DNA of 64,000 nucleotides from a virus (Duplodnaviria; Heunggongvirae; Uroviricota; Caudoviricetes): IMG/VR virus record IMGVR_UViG_3300042887_005798; one strand, 5' to 3'. Shown piece by piece: positions 28,296 to 37,474 of this stretch (position 1 is its first letter; each line of letters starts with the position of its first letter). The notes under the pieces were generated by a model. It saw only the letters and a program-made list of their open reading frames with translations, ran no database searches and was not told where the DNA came from. The position numbers and the translations under genes were made by a program.

Positions 28296-28332
28296 ACTAT
28301 TATAAATCAAAAATGTTAAACCTGGAAAAAAA
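28296..28332 (-). promoter_or_regulatory. promoter motif A copy
   Basis: Gene-sense sequence ttttttccaggtttaacatttttgatttataatagtcATG. Confidence 0.5.
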
Positions 28333-28437
28333 TAACATAAGACTATTGATAATATAACACTCAAGTCATTTAAGTGCAATTGATTTAAGTATGAAAAAAA
28401 AGCAACTTTTTTTATTATTTTTTTGTATATTATTTAT

Positions 28438-30303
28438 ATGGCAAAAGAATACATATTAGGAATCGACCTTGGCACGACTAATTCGTGCGTTGCTATCATG
28501 GAAGCTGGTGAAGCTAAAGTGATTTCGTCATCTGAAGGAAATAGAACTATTCCTTCCGTAGTATTGTGGAAAAAAGATGGTGAGCGGATTGTTGGCATTT
28601 CTGCAAAACGGAGTGCTGTCACTAATCACAAAAACACAATCTCATCTGTCAAGCGTTTTATGGGACACAAGTATGATGAGATTTCTAATGAAGTGGGTAA
28701 AGTTAGTTATAAGGTTAAGAAAAACAAAAAGGGCTTAGCTGTAATTGAAATTCCTGCGGTGGGTAAAGATTTTACACCAGAAGAAATTTCAGCGGCAGTT
28801 CTTCAAAAAATTAAAGTGGATGCTGAAAGTTACTTAGGAACCACTGTTAGTAAAGCAGTGATTACTGTCCCTGCTTACTTTGATGACTCACAAAGACAAG
28901 CTACAAAAAATGCAGGAGAAATTGCTGGGCTTGAAGTAGTGAGAATCATCAATGAGCCAACAGCTGCGGCTTTGGCTTATGGTGTAAGCAAGGATAAAGA
29001 AGGTTATATTTTGGTTTTCGACCTTGGTGGAGGAACTTTTGATGTTTCTATTCTCGATATTGGTGATGGAACATTTGAGGTTTTGAGCACTTCAGGAGAT
29101 AGTCATTTAGGTGGAGATGATTTTGATAATAAAGTATCGGAATGGATTGTTTCTGAAACAAAAAAATCTACTGGTGTAGATATCAGCAAAGATTCAGCGG
29201 CAATGCAAAGAGTGAAAGAAGCTTCAGAAAAAGCTAAAATTGAACTTTCTTCACAGGCAACCACATCAATAAATCTTCCTTACATTACAGCAGTGGATGG
29301 AAATCCATTGCATGTTGATTTAGAATTGACTAAGGCTAATTTTGAATCTATGGTGAAACCCCTCTTGGATCGAATCAAAAAACCATTGCTAAATGCTCTC
29401 AAGGAAGGTGTGGACAAATCTAAGATTAATGAAGTAATTCTTGTTGGTGGTAGTTCACGAATCCCTTGTGTTCAAAGTTTGATTAAGGAAATTACAGGCT
29501 TAGAGCCATCTAAAGGTGTGAATCCTGATGAGGCAGTGGCTCTTGGAGCGGCAGTTCAAGGAGGCATTTTGGCAGGAGATGTCAAGGACATTATTCTTTT
29601 AGATGTCACTCCTTTGAGTTTGGGTGTTGAAGTAAATGGAGGAATGGTTGATGTGCTTATTGAAAAAAACACGACTATTCCGACACAGAAAAAGAGTGTA
29701 TATACCACTGCTGTTAATAATCAGACTGAGGTTACTATTCATATCTTACAAGGCGAAAGACCTATTGCCAAAGACAACAAAAGCTTGGGTATGTTCAATC
29801 TTTCGGGGATTGCTCCTGCGCCAGCAAGAATCCCACAAATCGAAGTGGAGTTTTCTTTAGATGCCAATGGTATTTTAAGTGTGAAAGCAAAAGATCTTGG
29901 AACTGGCAAAGAGCAAAGTATCACAATCACACAATCTTCGAACTTGGAAAAAGATGAAATTGATCGAATGATCAAAGAGGCTGAAGAATATGCTGAAGCA
30001 GATAAAGAAGCAAAAGAGTTTATTCTCTTGAAGAATGAGACTGAAACTTTGTGCTCTAGTATAGAAACCACGATTGAAATGTCGAAAGATAAAGCAGAGC
30101 AAAACTTGATTGATGATGTTCAAGAAGCTTTAGAAAAAACTAAAGAAGCTTTAAAAACAAATGACAAAAATCAAATTCAAACAGCTAAAGACAACCTACT
30201 GCAAGTTTCACATAAACTTTCAGAAGTATTGTACCAAAATGTTCAAGGGTCTAATGAAGAAGTGATAGATCCTAATGTTGTGGACGCTGAAGTAGTTGAT
30301 TAA
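28438..30303 (+). CDS. dnaK: molecular chaperone DnaK (Hsp70)
   Basis: IGIDLGTTNS, DLGGGTFD, EPTAAALAYG, VILVGGSSRIP and others; start taken at MAKEYILGIDLG, with GTATATTAT 5 nt upstream; no grpE or dnaJ adjacent. Confidence 0.9.
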   Translation: MAKEYILGIDLGTTNSCVAIMEAGEAKVISSSEGNRTIPSVVLWKKDGERIVGISAKRSAVTNHKNTISSVKRFMGHKYDEISNEVGKVSYKVKKNKKGLAVIEIPAVGKDFTPEEISAAVLQKIKVDAESYLGTTVSKAVITVPAYFDDSQRQATKNAGEIAGLEVVRIINEPTAAALAYGVSKDKEGYILVFDLGGGTFDVSILDIGDGTFEVLSTSGDSHLGGDDFDNKVSEWIVSETKKSTGVDISKDSAAMQRVKEASEKAKIELSSQATTSINLPYITAVDGNPLHVDLELTKANFESMVKPLLDRIKKPLLNALKEGVDKSKINEVILVGGSSRIPCVQSLIKEITGLEPSKGVNPDEAVALGAAVQGGILAGDVKDIILLDVTPLSLGVEVNGGMVDVLIEKNTTIPTQKKSVYTTAVNNQTEVTIHILQGERPIAKDNKSLGMFNLSGIAPAPARIPQIEVEFSLDANGILSVKAKDLGTGKEQSITITQSSNLEKDEIDRMIKEAEEYAEADKEAKEFILLKNETETLCSSIETTIEMSKDKAEQNLIDDVQEALEKTKEALKTNDKNQIQTAKDNLLQVSHKLSEVLYQNVQGSNEEVIDPNVVDAEVVD

Positions 30304-30326
30304 TCATCAATTGAACTAAAATAGAA

Positions 30327-30352
30327 GGGAGGCTACAACGCCTCCCTTTTTT
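30327..30352 (+). terminator. rho-independent terminator after dnaK (GGGAGGC-tacaac-GCCTCCC + TTTTTT)
   Basis: Hairpin plus T-run read directly. Confidence 0.55.
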
Positions 30353-30396
30353 ATTTAAAAAAGGTGAGATTGTGTTTTAGATGTAAAATATAAATA

Positions 30397-30837
30397 ATGC
30401 CAGATAATGTAAACTATGCACCTAGCGGTTCTACACTCATAGCCTCAGATGATGTTGGAGGTATTCAATACCAAAGAGTAAAACAATCATTTGGTGAGGA
30501 TGGCACTGCCACAGATGTCTCTTTGACAAATCCATTACCTGCTACAATTACACAAGGAGAAATTGTTGAATGTTTAGAGGCAATTAGGATGAGTGTGCAA
30601 TCCTTGAACCGAACAATTGGTTTAGCTTATCCTGATACATCAGGACGTTTGAGGATACTTTTAGATTCAATAACAGCAAACCTTACGCTTGCTACTGTAA
30701 CTACTGTAACTACTGTAACTACTGTAACTACTTTGACTAACCAATCGCAAATGGGAGGTTTATCAGCTGTCCCTCAGATCCCAGCTATAATGCAATTTGC
30801 GGCAGACAATTTAAGAAGGAATATAACAGTGAATTAA
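30397..30837 (+). CDS. hypothetical protein with a (VTT)4 repeat; possible virion/surface protein
   Basis: ORF track; 9-bp tandem repeat actgtaact x4 at 30694-30729. Confidence 0.4.
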   Translation: MPDNVNYAPSGSTLIASDDVGGIQYQRVKQSFGEDGTATDVSLTNPLPATITQGEIVECLEAIRMSVQSLNRTIGLAYPDTSGRLRILLDSITANLTLATVTTVTTVTTVTTLTNQSQMGGLSAVPQIPAIMQFAADNLRRNITVN

Positions 30838-30838
30838 T

Positions 30839-32275
30839 ATGGCTACCACAAATGGAAATCGAAAAATACTTGATTTGAAAAGATGGGAAATGGTAACACC
30901 TGCTCCAACGGCTACAGTCGCTGGAGCACATATTGTAAGTAGTAATGGAGTCAATCAACAACAATTATATGTGGTCTCAGCTACTGTGGCATATTTATAT
31001 AACCCTTATGAAGATGGCTGGGTACAAGTGCCCTCACCTGCACTTACAGGTGCATTTGGCGCTGGAGCGTGTGGAGCTGGTCACCCCATATCTTTTGGAT
31101 CATCTGTAGGTATTACGTCATTGTCTGCTCTTGGTGGAAGCAATCAAACAATAATTACAAACCAAAGCTTGGCTAGAGATCTAAGAGGATACCATGTTAA
31201 TATTTTATCAGGACCAAATTCTGGTTTGACCTTGGGTATTGTATCAAACACAGTTGGAGCCAATGCAACAATTTTTGTTGCTCCACAAGCGAGTGGTTTC
31301 AGTACAGAAACTCGATACAGACTCATAACGCCTCGCTTTTACCTTTTAAGTGCTGGTACTCTTGCCGCAGGTTCATATAGGGTTTATGACTACGCTACAA
31401 ACACTTACATTTCTTTAAGCATTGTTAATTTTCCAGCAACAGTGGGTACTGATGCAAAATTAGTTCCTACAGCAGCTTGGCATGGTCATGCTACAGACTA
31501 TAATTCTTTTTCAGTAGGTTTAGCTTCAGCCGCAACTACAACTACGATTTCTGATAATACAAAAACATGGACAACCAACCAATGGGTAAATTATCAAGTA
31601 AGATTAAAGGGTGGAGCAGGAGCAGGGCAAATCAGAACAATTATTTCAAATACTGCAACATCTTTAGGTGTTGCCACATGGATAACAACACCTGATACAA
31701 CATCAATTTACTCTATTGAAGCCAATGATGATTTTCTTTACTTTTTAGGAAACAACTCAGTTCAGCTTTACAGATATTCTATAGGTATAAATACATGGAT
31801 ACAACTTAATCCAGGCGTGGCAAGAGGTGGTGCTCCAGGTACAGGTATGTCAGCTCATTTCATTGATGATTGCACAGATTCTGATTGGACGAATCAATCT
31901 GCTATTCTTAATGGAAAATATATCTATTCGTTTAGAGGAGCGGCTGGAGCTCTCCTTGACAGATATGATATTCCTTTAGGAATATGGAGTGCTGTAACAT
32001 ATTCTCCTGCTGTAGAAACATTTACTACTGGAACAAAATATTCTTATGTTGATAATAGCCTATATATTCAGAAAGATGCTACTGGACGATGGTTCGATTT
32101 CAATATTCCTAGATCAAACATGACAGGTTGGACCACAATGTTTTATCCGAACGGCGCAGCTTTACTTGGAGACACTGCGTTTAATATTGTTTACAAAGAT
32201 GGTGGCACAATGATAAATTATGTATATATTTTATTGAACACTTCGACAATTACGTTAAGACAAATGGTGATATAA
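30839..32275 (+). CDS. Gly/Thr/Ser/Ala-rich beta-type protein, possible structural (capsid-associated or fibre) protein (478 aa)
   Basis: Composition and no enzyme motifs; separated by 1 nt from the previous gene. Confidence 0.35.
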   Translation: MATTNGNRKILDLKRWEMVTPAPTATVAGAHIVSSNGVNQQQLYVVSATVAYLYNPYEDGWVQVPSPALTGAFGAGACGAGHPISFGSSVGITSLSALGGSNQTIITNQSLARDLRGYHVNILSGPNSGLTLGIVSNTVGANATIFVAPQASGFSTETRYRLITPRFYLLSAGTLAAGSYRVYDYATNTYISLSIVNFPATVGTDAKLVPTAAWHGHATDYNSFSVGLASAATTTTISDNTKTWTTNQWVNYQVRLKGGAGAGQIRTIISNTATSLGVATWITTPDTTSIYSIEANDDFLYFLGNNSVQLYRYSIGINTWIQLNPGVARGGAPGTGMSAHFIDDCTDSDWTNQSAILNGKYIYSFRGAAGALLDRYDIPLGIWSAVTYSPAVETFTTGTKYSYVDNSLYIQKDATGRWFDFNIPRSNMTGWTTMFYPNGAALLGDTAFNIVYKDGGTMINYVYILLNTSTITLRQMVI

Positions 32276-32276
32276 T

Positions 32277-32441
32277 ATGAGCATACAAGATCTAATTTCT
32301 TTATCTGAAAAAAAACTGGCAAATTTGACAAGCCTATATACACAAGCTGAAAATATTGGTGATTTTGATCAACTGAATCACCTTCTTACAGAAATCAATT
32401 CAGTGAATGAGACAATTACCAAACTTAAGGAAATCTAATGT
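32277..32441 (+). CDS. small helical protein (54 aa)
   Basis: Manual translation MSIQDLISLSEKKLANLTSLYTQAENIGDFDQLNHLLTEINSVNETITKLKEI. Confidence 0.3.
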
Positions 32442-32517
32442 TTTTAACTTTACTTTCACCAAAAATACAACCAGCACCAGATTTAAGAAGAAGAGTATTT
32501 TTGCTCAAACGTTGGTA

Positions 32518-33930
32518 TCAATGAAATTTGATAACATAGTTAAATGACAATCTGTCGAACATTTGCGTGTTCATATTATACTGAACGCCAAGATTTCCAA
32601 ATTTACCTGTATTTGTCAATCCAAGAAAATTTTGTTTTTGATCTTTAATCATTGATAGCACAAAATTATTGCTGTTTTTGAATGTCAAAGCGTAAATGTC
32701 ATTAATAACATCCGACGCAAAATTAAATTTTGGATTAACCAAACTGAAAGAAAACGAATCTTTAAATTGTGATCTATTCTGACCTATCAAAGAGAATGAG
32801 TTTTCATAAACACTAAATGCATTTTGTTTGAAATAAAAATCATAAACATCAAATTGATTATTGTATTTTAAAGATATATTTGTTTTATTTACAGATGTAT
32901 TATAACTTACTTGTTCCACACCGTTTTCAGATGATGCTTTTACAGAAACATTTTTAATCGGTTGGACAATTCCATATGTGTCGCCATCTCTTACGCCAAT
33001 ATTTCCCACTTTAACATCATAGTTAATTTTGCCTGTACTTTCAGACAATCTATATTCAATTTTATCAATTTTTGATTGAACAAAGTTTTGATTGTTACCA
33101 TGTGCTATTGTGGTGTCTTTTGTTTCTAATTGACTAATATTAGTTTCACCATCGTTTGCCATTTTAAACTTGAAATCTTTGCCATTTATATTCAAGAAAT
33201 TTTTAGAGTATCCATCATTAAATTGAACGTAAGATAGATTATAGTTTTTATTAGAATAGTTTAATGTATTCTCAAATCTTTTAGGATGATGAATAGTCCT
33301 AATGGAGAAACCTTTTGTTGAATAAAGAACATCATCATAATTGTCCATTATTCGTGCTGAGAATGTAGGAGATTGAAACATAATAGACGTTTCTGAGGCA
33401 TAGGGGCGATTCCAAGCGTCTGTCATCATTAAAGGCTTCTCAGACGCCACATAATCAATCTTTGTCCCCTTGGAAGCAAAAGAATAGCTATCATAATTAA
33501 AATTTCTACCTATAGTCTTTGACATTGAAATAGACAATTGTTTTTGTTGATAAGATAATGTATTTTTGTTATCTACCAATACTTTTGAGGCAAATACATT
33601 CTGCACTTCATTTCGATTGAAATCCTCGGAAGTGAATGTAAGTCCGCGATAAGTGATACCCACTGTGTTTTTTGGAGCAGAACTTGTATAGCTCATTGTG
33701 ACATCACTTAGCTTTGCATTGAAATTGTGCACTTGAGAATTATTTGCAAATGTCCCAGCATATTTCAAATTGCCAAAATCATATTTCATATTTGATCCAG
33801 CCCAATTTATTTTTTTATTTGAATCTATGGTAAAGGAAGATTTACCAACAGGCAACGACAAATCTGCAGATTGAGCATTTGACATAGCTGTAATAGATAT
33901 TAATGAGATTGTGTAAATGGGCTTCAACAT
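32518..33930 (-). CDS. secreted beta-rich protein, outer-membrane beta-barrel-like (470 aa)
   Basis: Signal peptide; N/S/T/Y-rich alternating pattern; motif A upstream. Confidence 0.4.
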   Translation of the reverse strand: MLKPIYTISLISITAMSNAQSADLSLPVGKSSFTIDSNKKINWAGSNMKYDFGNLKYAGTFANNSQVHNFNAKLSDVTMSYTSSAPKNTVGITYRGLTFTSEDFNRNEVQNVFASKVLVDNKNTLSYQQKQLSISMSKTIGRNFNYDSYSFASKGTKIDYVASEKPLMMTDAWNRPYASETSIMFQSPTFSARIMDNYDDVLYSTKGFSIRTIHHPKRFENTLNYSNKNYNLSYVQFNDGYSKNFLNINGKDFKFKMANDGETNISQLETKDTTIAHGNNQNFVQSKIDKIEYRLSESTGKINYDVKVGNIGVRDGDTYGIVQPIKNVSVKASSENGVEQVSYNTSVNKTNISLKYNNQFDVYDFYFKQNAFSVYENSFSLIGQNRSQFKDSFSFSLVNPKFNFASDVINDIYALTFKNSNNFVLSMIKDQKQNFLGLTNTGKFGNLGVQYNMNTQMFDRLSFNYVIKFH

Positions 33931-33986
33931 TATTTAATTCTGACTTCCTGGTTAATTATACTAGAAAAATGTTAAACCTGGAAAAC
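33931..33986 (-). promoter_or_regulatory. promoter motif A copy
   Basis: Gene-sense sequence ccaggtttaacatttttctagtataattaacc...ATG. Confidence 0.5.
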
Positions 33987-33995
33987 AAAGCAAGA

Positions 33996-34970
33996 TTAGA
34001 TTGTGTTTGCGATGTTATCAAACTCAGCTAAGGCTTTTTGTTTGGTTGTTTTTTCATCTACTACAAAATCTTTTGGTAATTCATCATACCAAGACACAAT
34101 CTCTTTATTAGCCAGATATTCATTACTTTTAAGGTAGTTTGATAAATCTTCTGAATATTGTGACTCAATACTGTCGCTTTTGAGCACTTGATTGGCAACA
34201 AACATTGCAATACTTTCAATAGCGCCAAGAGCAAGCCCGATGAATAAATTCTTTGAAATTACAACCAAAGGAATATTTGATAATAATGACAACATACCAA
34301 CTATGTTTATAGCACTTAAAATGTTTGCCTTAAAACTGGGTAATTTTTCTAACCAAAAAGTGGGAAGCAAATCTGGCTTTTTGATTAAAGAACTTAAATC
34401 AATTCCTTCAAATTTATGAATACTTATTTCGCCAGTTACATTAGTGTAACATACATACACACTTCCAGATTGTGGCAGAGTCTTTATAGATTTCCATCTC
34501 GGCAGAGTTTCTGAGATTATGTCACAGGGAATAATGTTATGCAATATTGGCTCGAAAACTATTGAAAAGTAGGTATTATTTGCGTTTTGTTGTACGTAGC
34601 TCAAAAATTTGAGCTTTGGGTAAGTATCGTTGATTTTTCGAACTAGTGCTTCATGCATCAAAAAAGGTACATTGCTATATTTTTCACTACCAGGAAGCAG
34701 AGTTGAAACAGCATGTGAACTATCCACTTGAATTGCAAATTTTTTATCCTCAGTAAGGATAAATCTTTGAAAGGATTTGTTAAACTCAATAAATAATGAA
34801 TTAACGAGTTTGTTAATTGTTAATGTCAATCGGTCAGCTTCTTCTTTTTTTTCTGCTTCTATTTTTCTTCTTTGCAATTCCTGGGTTTCTTGCTCCTGAA
34901 GTGCAAGTTTTTCTTTGTGCTTTCGTCTAAGCTCAAGAAGCTCTTCGTTTGAAAAATTTTTGTTCAACAT
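33996..34970 (-). CDS. membrane protein with an N-terminal coiled coil (324 aa)
   Basis: ORF track; AAGCGTATAAAT upstream. Confidence 0.4.
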   Translation of the reverse strand: MLNKNFSNEELLELRRKHKEKLALQEQETQELQRRKIEAEKKEEADRLTLTINKLVNSLFIEFNKSFQRFILTEDKKFAIQVDSSHAVSTLLPGSEKYSNVPFLMHEALVRKINDTYPKLKFLSYVQQNANNTYFSIVFEPILHNIIPCDIISETLPRWKSIKTLPQSGSVYVCYTNVTGEISIHKFEGIDLSSLIKKPDLLPTFWLEKLPSFKANILSAINIVGMLSLLSNIPLVVISKNLFIGLALGAIESIAMFVANQVLKSDSIESQYSEDLSNYLKSNEYLANKEIVSWYDELPKDFVVDEKTTKQKALAEFDNIANTI

Positions 34971-35012
34971 ATGCTCACCTATTTATACGCTTGAAATTGA
35001 AAAATTGCATAA

Positions 35013-35249
35013 TCAAATCACCCATATTTGAGAATTAGCTCTTATTCTTTCTTCGGCTTCAATTTTAAGTTTTTCTTCTTCTGCCTGTTTTTCAAGTCTT
35101 TTTCTCTCTTCTGCTTCTTCTGCTTCTTCTCGAATAAATGTTATAAAGAAACACCACACGAGTAATGCAAGCATAAAGAGAGCAAAACAAAAGCAAAACT
35201 TAGAAAAGAAGTCCATCTCCGAAAATACAGAATACAATTCCGAAATCAT
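35013..35249 (-). CDS. tandem-paralog small membrane protein P1 (ends ..SQIWVI)
   Basis: TM hairpin, a charged EEAEE/KR coiled coil, and the C-terminal QIWV motif. Confidence 0.5.
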   Translation of the reverse strand: MISELYSVFSEMDFFSKFCFCFALFMLALLVWCFFITFIREEAEEAEERKRLEKQAEEEKLKIEAEERIRANSQIWVI

Positions 35250-35638
35250 TCATTCACCCAAATCTGAGATTGTGTTCTAGTTCTTTCTGCTTCAGCTTCT
35301 TCTGCCTTTATTCTAAGACTTTGTTGTTCTTCTTGAAGTTGAGCAATCTGGCGAGCTTTCTGTTGAGCTTTCTCTCCTTCTATTTTAATTCTTTTTTCCA
35401 TGAACTGGCTCAACAAAATCTTTAGGTGAAGCTTTAATTGCTTGTTGTGCAAGTTTAGTTTTTCGGCTTCTATTTCAAGTCTTTTTCTCTCTTCCTCTGC
35501 TCTCATTTTAATTGTTTTTTTCTTTTCTTCTTCTTCAATGTTTTCCATTAATGAAAAGTGATTTAGAAAACCTACTAAAATAATAAAAAATAAAGAAAAA
35601 GAAATAGGTACAAAAATATAGCAAATAGTTTCATTCAT
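35246..35638 (-). CDS. tandem-paralog small membrane protein P2 (ends ..SQIWVNE)
   Basis: Start placed at the ATG that overlaps the P3 stop (ATGA); the track start is a TTG. Confidence 0.5.
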   Translation of the reverse strand: MNETICYIFVPISFSLFFIILVGFLNHFSLMENIEEEEKKKTIKMRAEEERKRLEIEAEKLNLHNKQLKLHLKILLSQFMEKRIKIEGEKAQQKARQIAQLQEEQQSLRIKAEEAEAERTRTQSQIWVNE

Positions 35639-35946
35639 TCGATCACCCAAATCTGAGAATTAGCTTTTTCTTTGTCTGCTTTAGCTTGAAGTTCAGCTTC
35701 CTTTTTCTCCTGTTCAGCTTGAAATTCTTTATCTATCTTTTGATTGTGTGTGCGCACATACTTTCGAATTAAAAATATCACACCAAAAAAAAGTACGATA
35801 GGAATTATTCCTGTAATAATCCCATAATTTTCTAATCCAGGTATATTAGAACAGCATGGAATAGCAAACACAAGTATAACACCAAAGTCAATCCACATAC
35901 TTTCCATATATCTTTTATCTTCTTTTGTATACTTTCCGTCTTTCAT
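35635..35946 (-). CDS. tandem-paralog small membrane protein P3 (ends ..SQIWVIE)
   Basis: Same architecture; ATGA overlap with P4. Confidence 0.5.
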   Translation of the reverse strand: MKDGKYTKEDKRYMESMWIDFGVILVFAIPCCSNIPGLENYGIITGIIPIVLFFGVIFLIRKYVRTHNQKIDKEFQAEQEKKEAELQAKADKEKANSQIWVIE

Positions 35947-36269
35947 TCATTCACCCAAATCTGAAGTTCAGCCCTGTTTCTTTCTTCAGCTTCCAGAAGC
36001 AGAGCCTGCTGTCTAGCTTTTTCTTCTTCATCTATTTTGTCATTTCTTGAATGCAAAAAGTCTGAGATGCCATCGTTCCATATAAAACCTACAAAACATT
36101 TGTACGATATCAAGAACCATATAAATGCAATTAGTGCTACGTTCCAGTTATTGCACCAAAAGAACCAACGTACAGAGATGCAAAAGCTAATCAAAATAGA
36201 TAGCAAAAGGAAAATAAAAAGAAAGAGAATTAAAGCAGCTTCTGTCTTTTCAGTTAACTTTCTTTTCAT
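35943..36269 (-). CDS. tandem-paralog small membrane protein P4 (ends ..LQIWVNE)
   Basis: Start at the ATG overlapping the P5 stop. Confidence 0.5.
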   Translation of the reverse strand: MKRKLTEKTEAALILFLFIFLLLSILISFCISVRWFFWCNNWNVALIAFIWFLISYKCFVGFIWNDGISDFLHSRNDKIDEEEKARQQALLLEAEERNRAELQIWVNE

Positions 36270-36589
36270 TCGCTCACCCAAATCTGAGATTCAATTCTAG
36301 TTCTTTCTGCTTCAGCTTGAGCTTTAGCTTGAAGTTGAGCTTTTTCTTCTTCATCAATTTTGCCATTTCGTTTACGCAAAAAGTTTAGTGAGCCATCTAT
36401 ATTATAAAATGCACTACCTATAAGCGATATCAAGAAATATATAAATGCAATTCCTGTTATGTACGGAGAAACGTCCCCAGAGGCATACCATAGAAAGATG
36501 ACAAAGCTAATCGGACAAGATAGAAAAAGAAAGCAAAACAAAACGGTTGCTAAAGTATCAATCACACTATCTTTAATCTTTCTTCTCAT
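36266..36589 (-). CDS. tandem-paralog small membrane protein P5 (ends ..SQIWVSE)
   Basis: Start at the ATG overlapping the P6 stop. Confidence 0.5.
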   Translation of the reverse strand: MRRKIKDSVIDTLATVLFCFLFLSCPISFVIFLWYASGDVSPYITGIAFIYFLISLIGSAFYNIDGSLNFLRKRNGKIDEEEKAQLQAKAQAEAERTRIESQIWVSE

Positions 36590-36930
36590 CCATTCACCCA
36601 AATCTGAAGTTCAGCCCTGTTTCTTTCTTCGGCTTCTAGAAGCAGAGCCTGCTGTCTAGCTTTTTCTTCTTCATCTATTTTGTCATTTCTTTTATGCAAA
36701 AATTTTAAGAAGCCTTTTGTATCATTAACTTTAAAACATATAAGCGATATCAAGAACCATATAAATGCAATTATTCCTACGTCTCTTGTAAAAGGTCCTA
36801 TATCTCTTAGCAAAAAAGAAGGGAGAGAAAATATTGAAATGAAGAAACTAATCAGCATAGATAGCGCTAAAAAACAATGGCAAACGCATTCTAAATTTTC
36901 AATCACACTATCTTTAATCTTTCTTCTCAT
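36586..36930 (-). CDS. tandem-paralog small membrane protein P6 (ends ..LQIWVNG)
   Basis: Start at MRRKIKDSV, aligned with P5. Confidence 0.45.
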   Translation of the reverse strand: MRRKIKDSVIENLECVCHCFLALSMLISFFISIFSLPSFLLRDIGPFTRDVGIIAFIWFLISLICFKVNDTKGFLKFLHKRNDKIDEEEKARQQALLLEAEERNRAELQIWVNG

Positions 36931-36950
36931 CCATTCACCCAAATTAAAAA

Positions 36951-37472
36951 TTAAACCAGCACTCTTCCGATAGGCACACAAAACTTCAGCGTGGGAATTT
37001 TTAAATCTCTGTATGCCTGAACATTGTCTTCGCTATCGTCCACAGCATACACAATCTCATAATTTTCCATAATTTTCAGAGCTTCTTTTTTCTTATATGA
37101 AGCATGGTCAGATTGTGTGTAGAAGTGGTAATTATCAAAATCTTCTGGTTGCATAATCAAAACACAATCTTCTTTCCAAATCCCTTCATCTTTAAGCCAT
37201 TGCAAAGTGGGTTTATATCCGCCATGCCCTCTAGCTGTGATAAAAAACACACAATCTGGTTTGTAAAATGTGCATAGCATTTCAAGTAAATCAACACCCA
37301 AATCAATCACTTCATCGCCTCTGCAATCAGCATTGTACCATTCCACTGATTTTATCCAAGCTTTTGCATCTCTGCGAATAAAGGCATCAAGATTCAATCT
37401 TTTAAACCTTGATGAGCTATTTACAACCACTCCATCCAGGTCCATAACTATTGCTTTTAAATTATTTTTCAT
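36951..37472 (-). CDS. HAD-superfamily phosphatase (PNK-phosphatase/nucleotidase-like)
   Basis: N-terminal DxDGV motif (MDLDGVV) and later HAD motifs (FITARG..., AVDDSEDN). Confidence 0.6.
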   Translation of the reverse strand: MKNNLKAIVMDLDGVVVNSSSRFKRLNLDAFIRRDAKAWIKSVEWYNADCRGDEVIDLGVDLLEMLCTFYKPDCVFFITARGHGGYKPTLQWLKDEGIWKEDCVLIMQPEDFDNYHFYTQSDHASYKKKEALKIMENYEIVYAVDDSEDNVQAYRDLKIPTLKFCVPIGRVLV

Positions 37473-37474
37473 AT

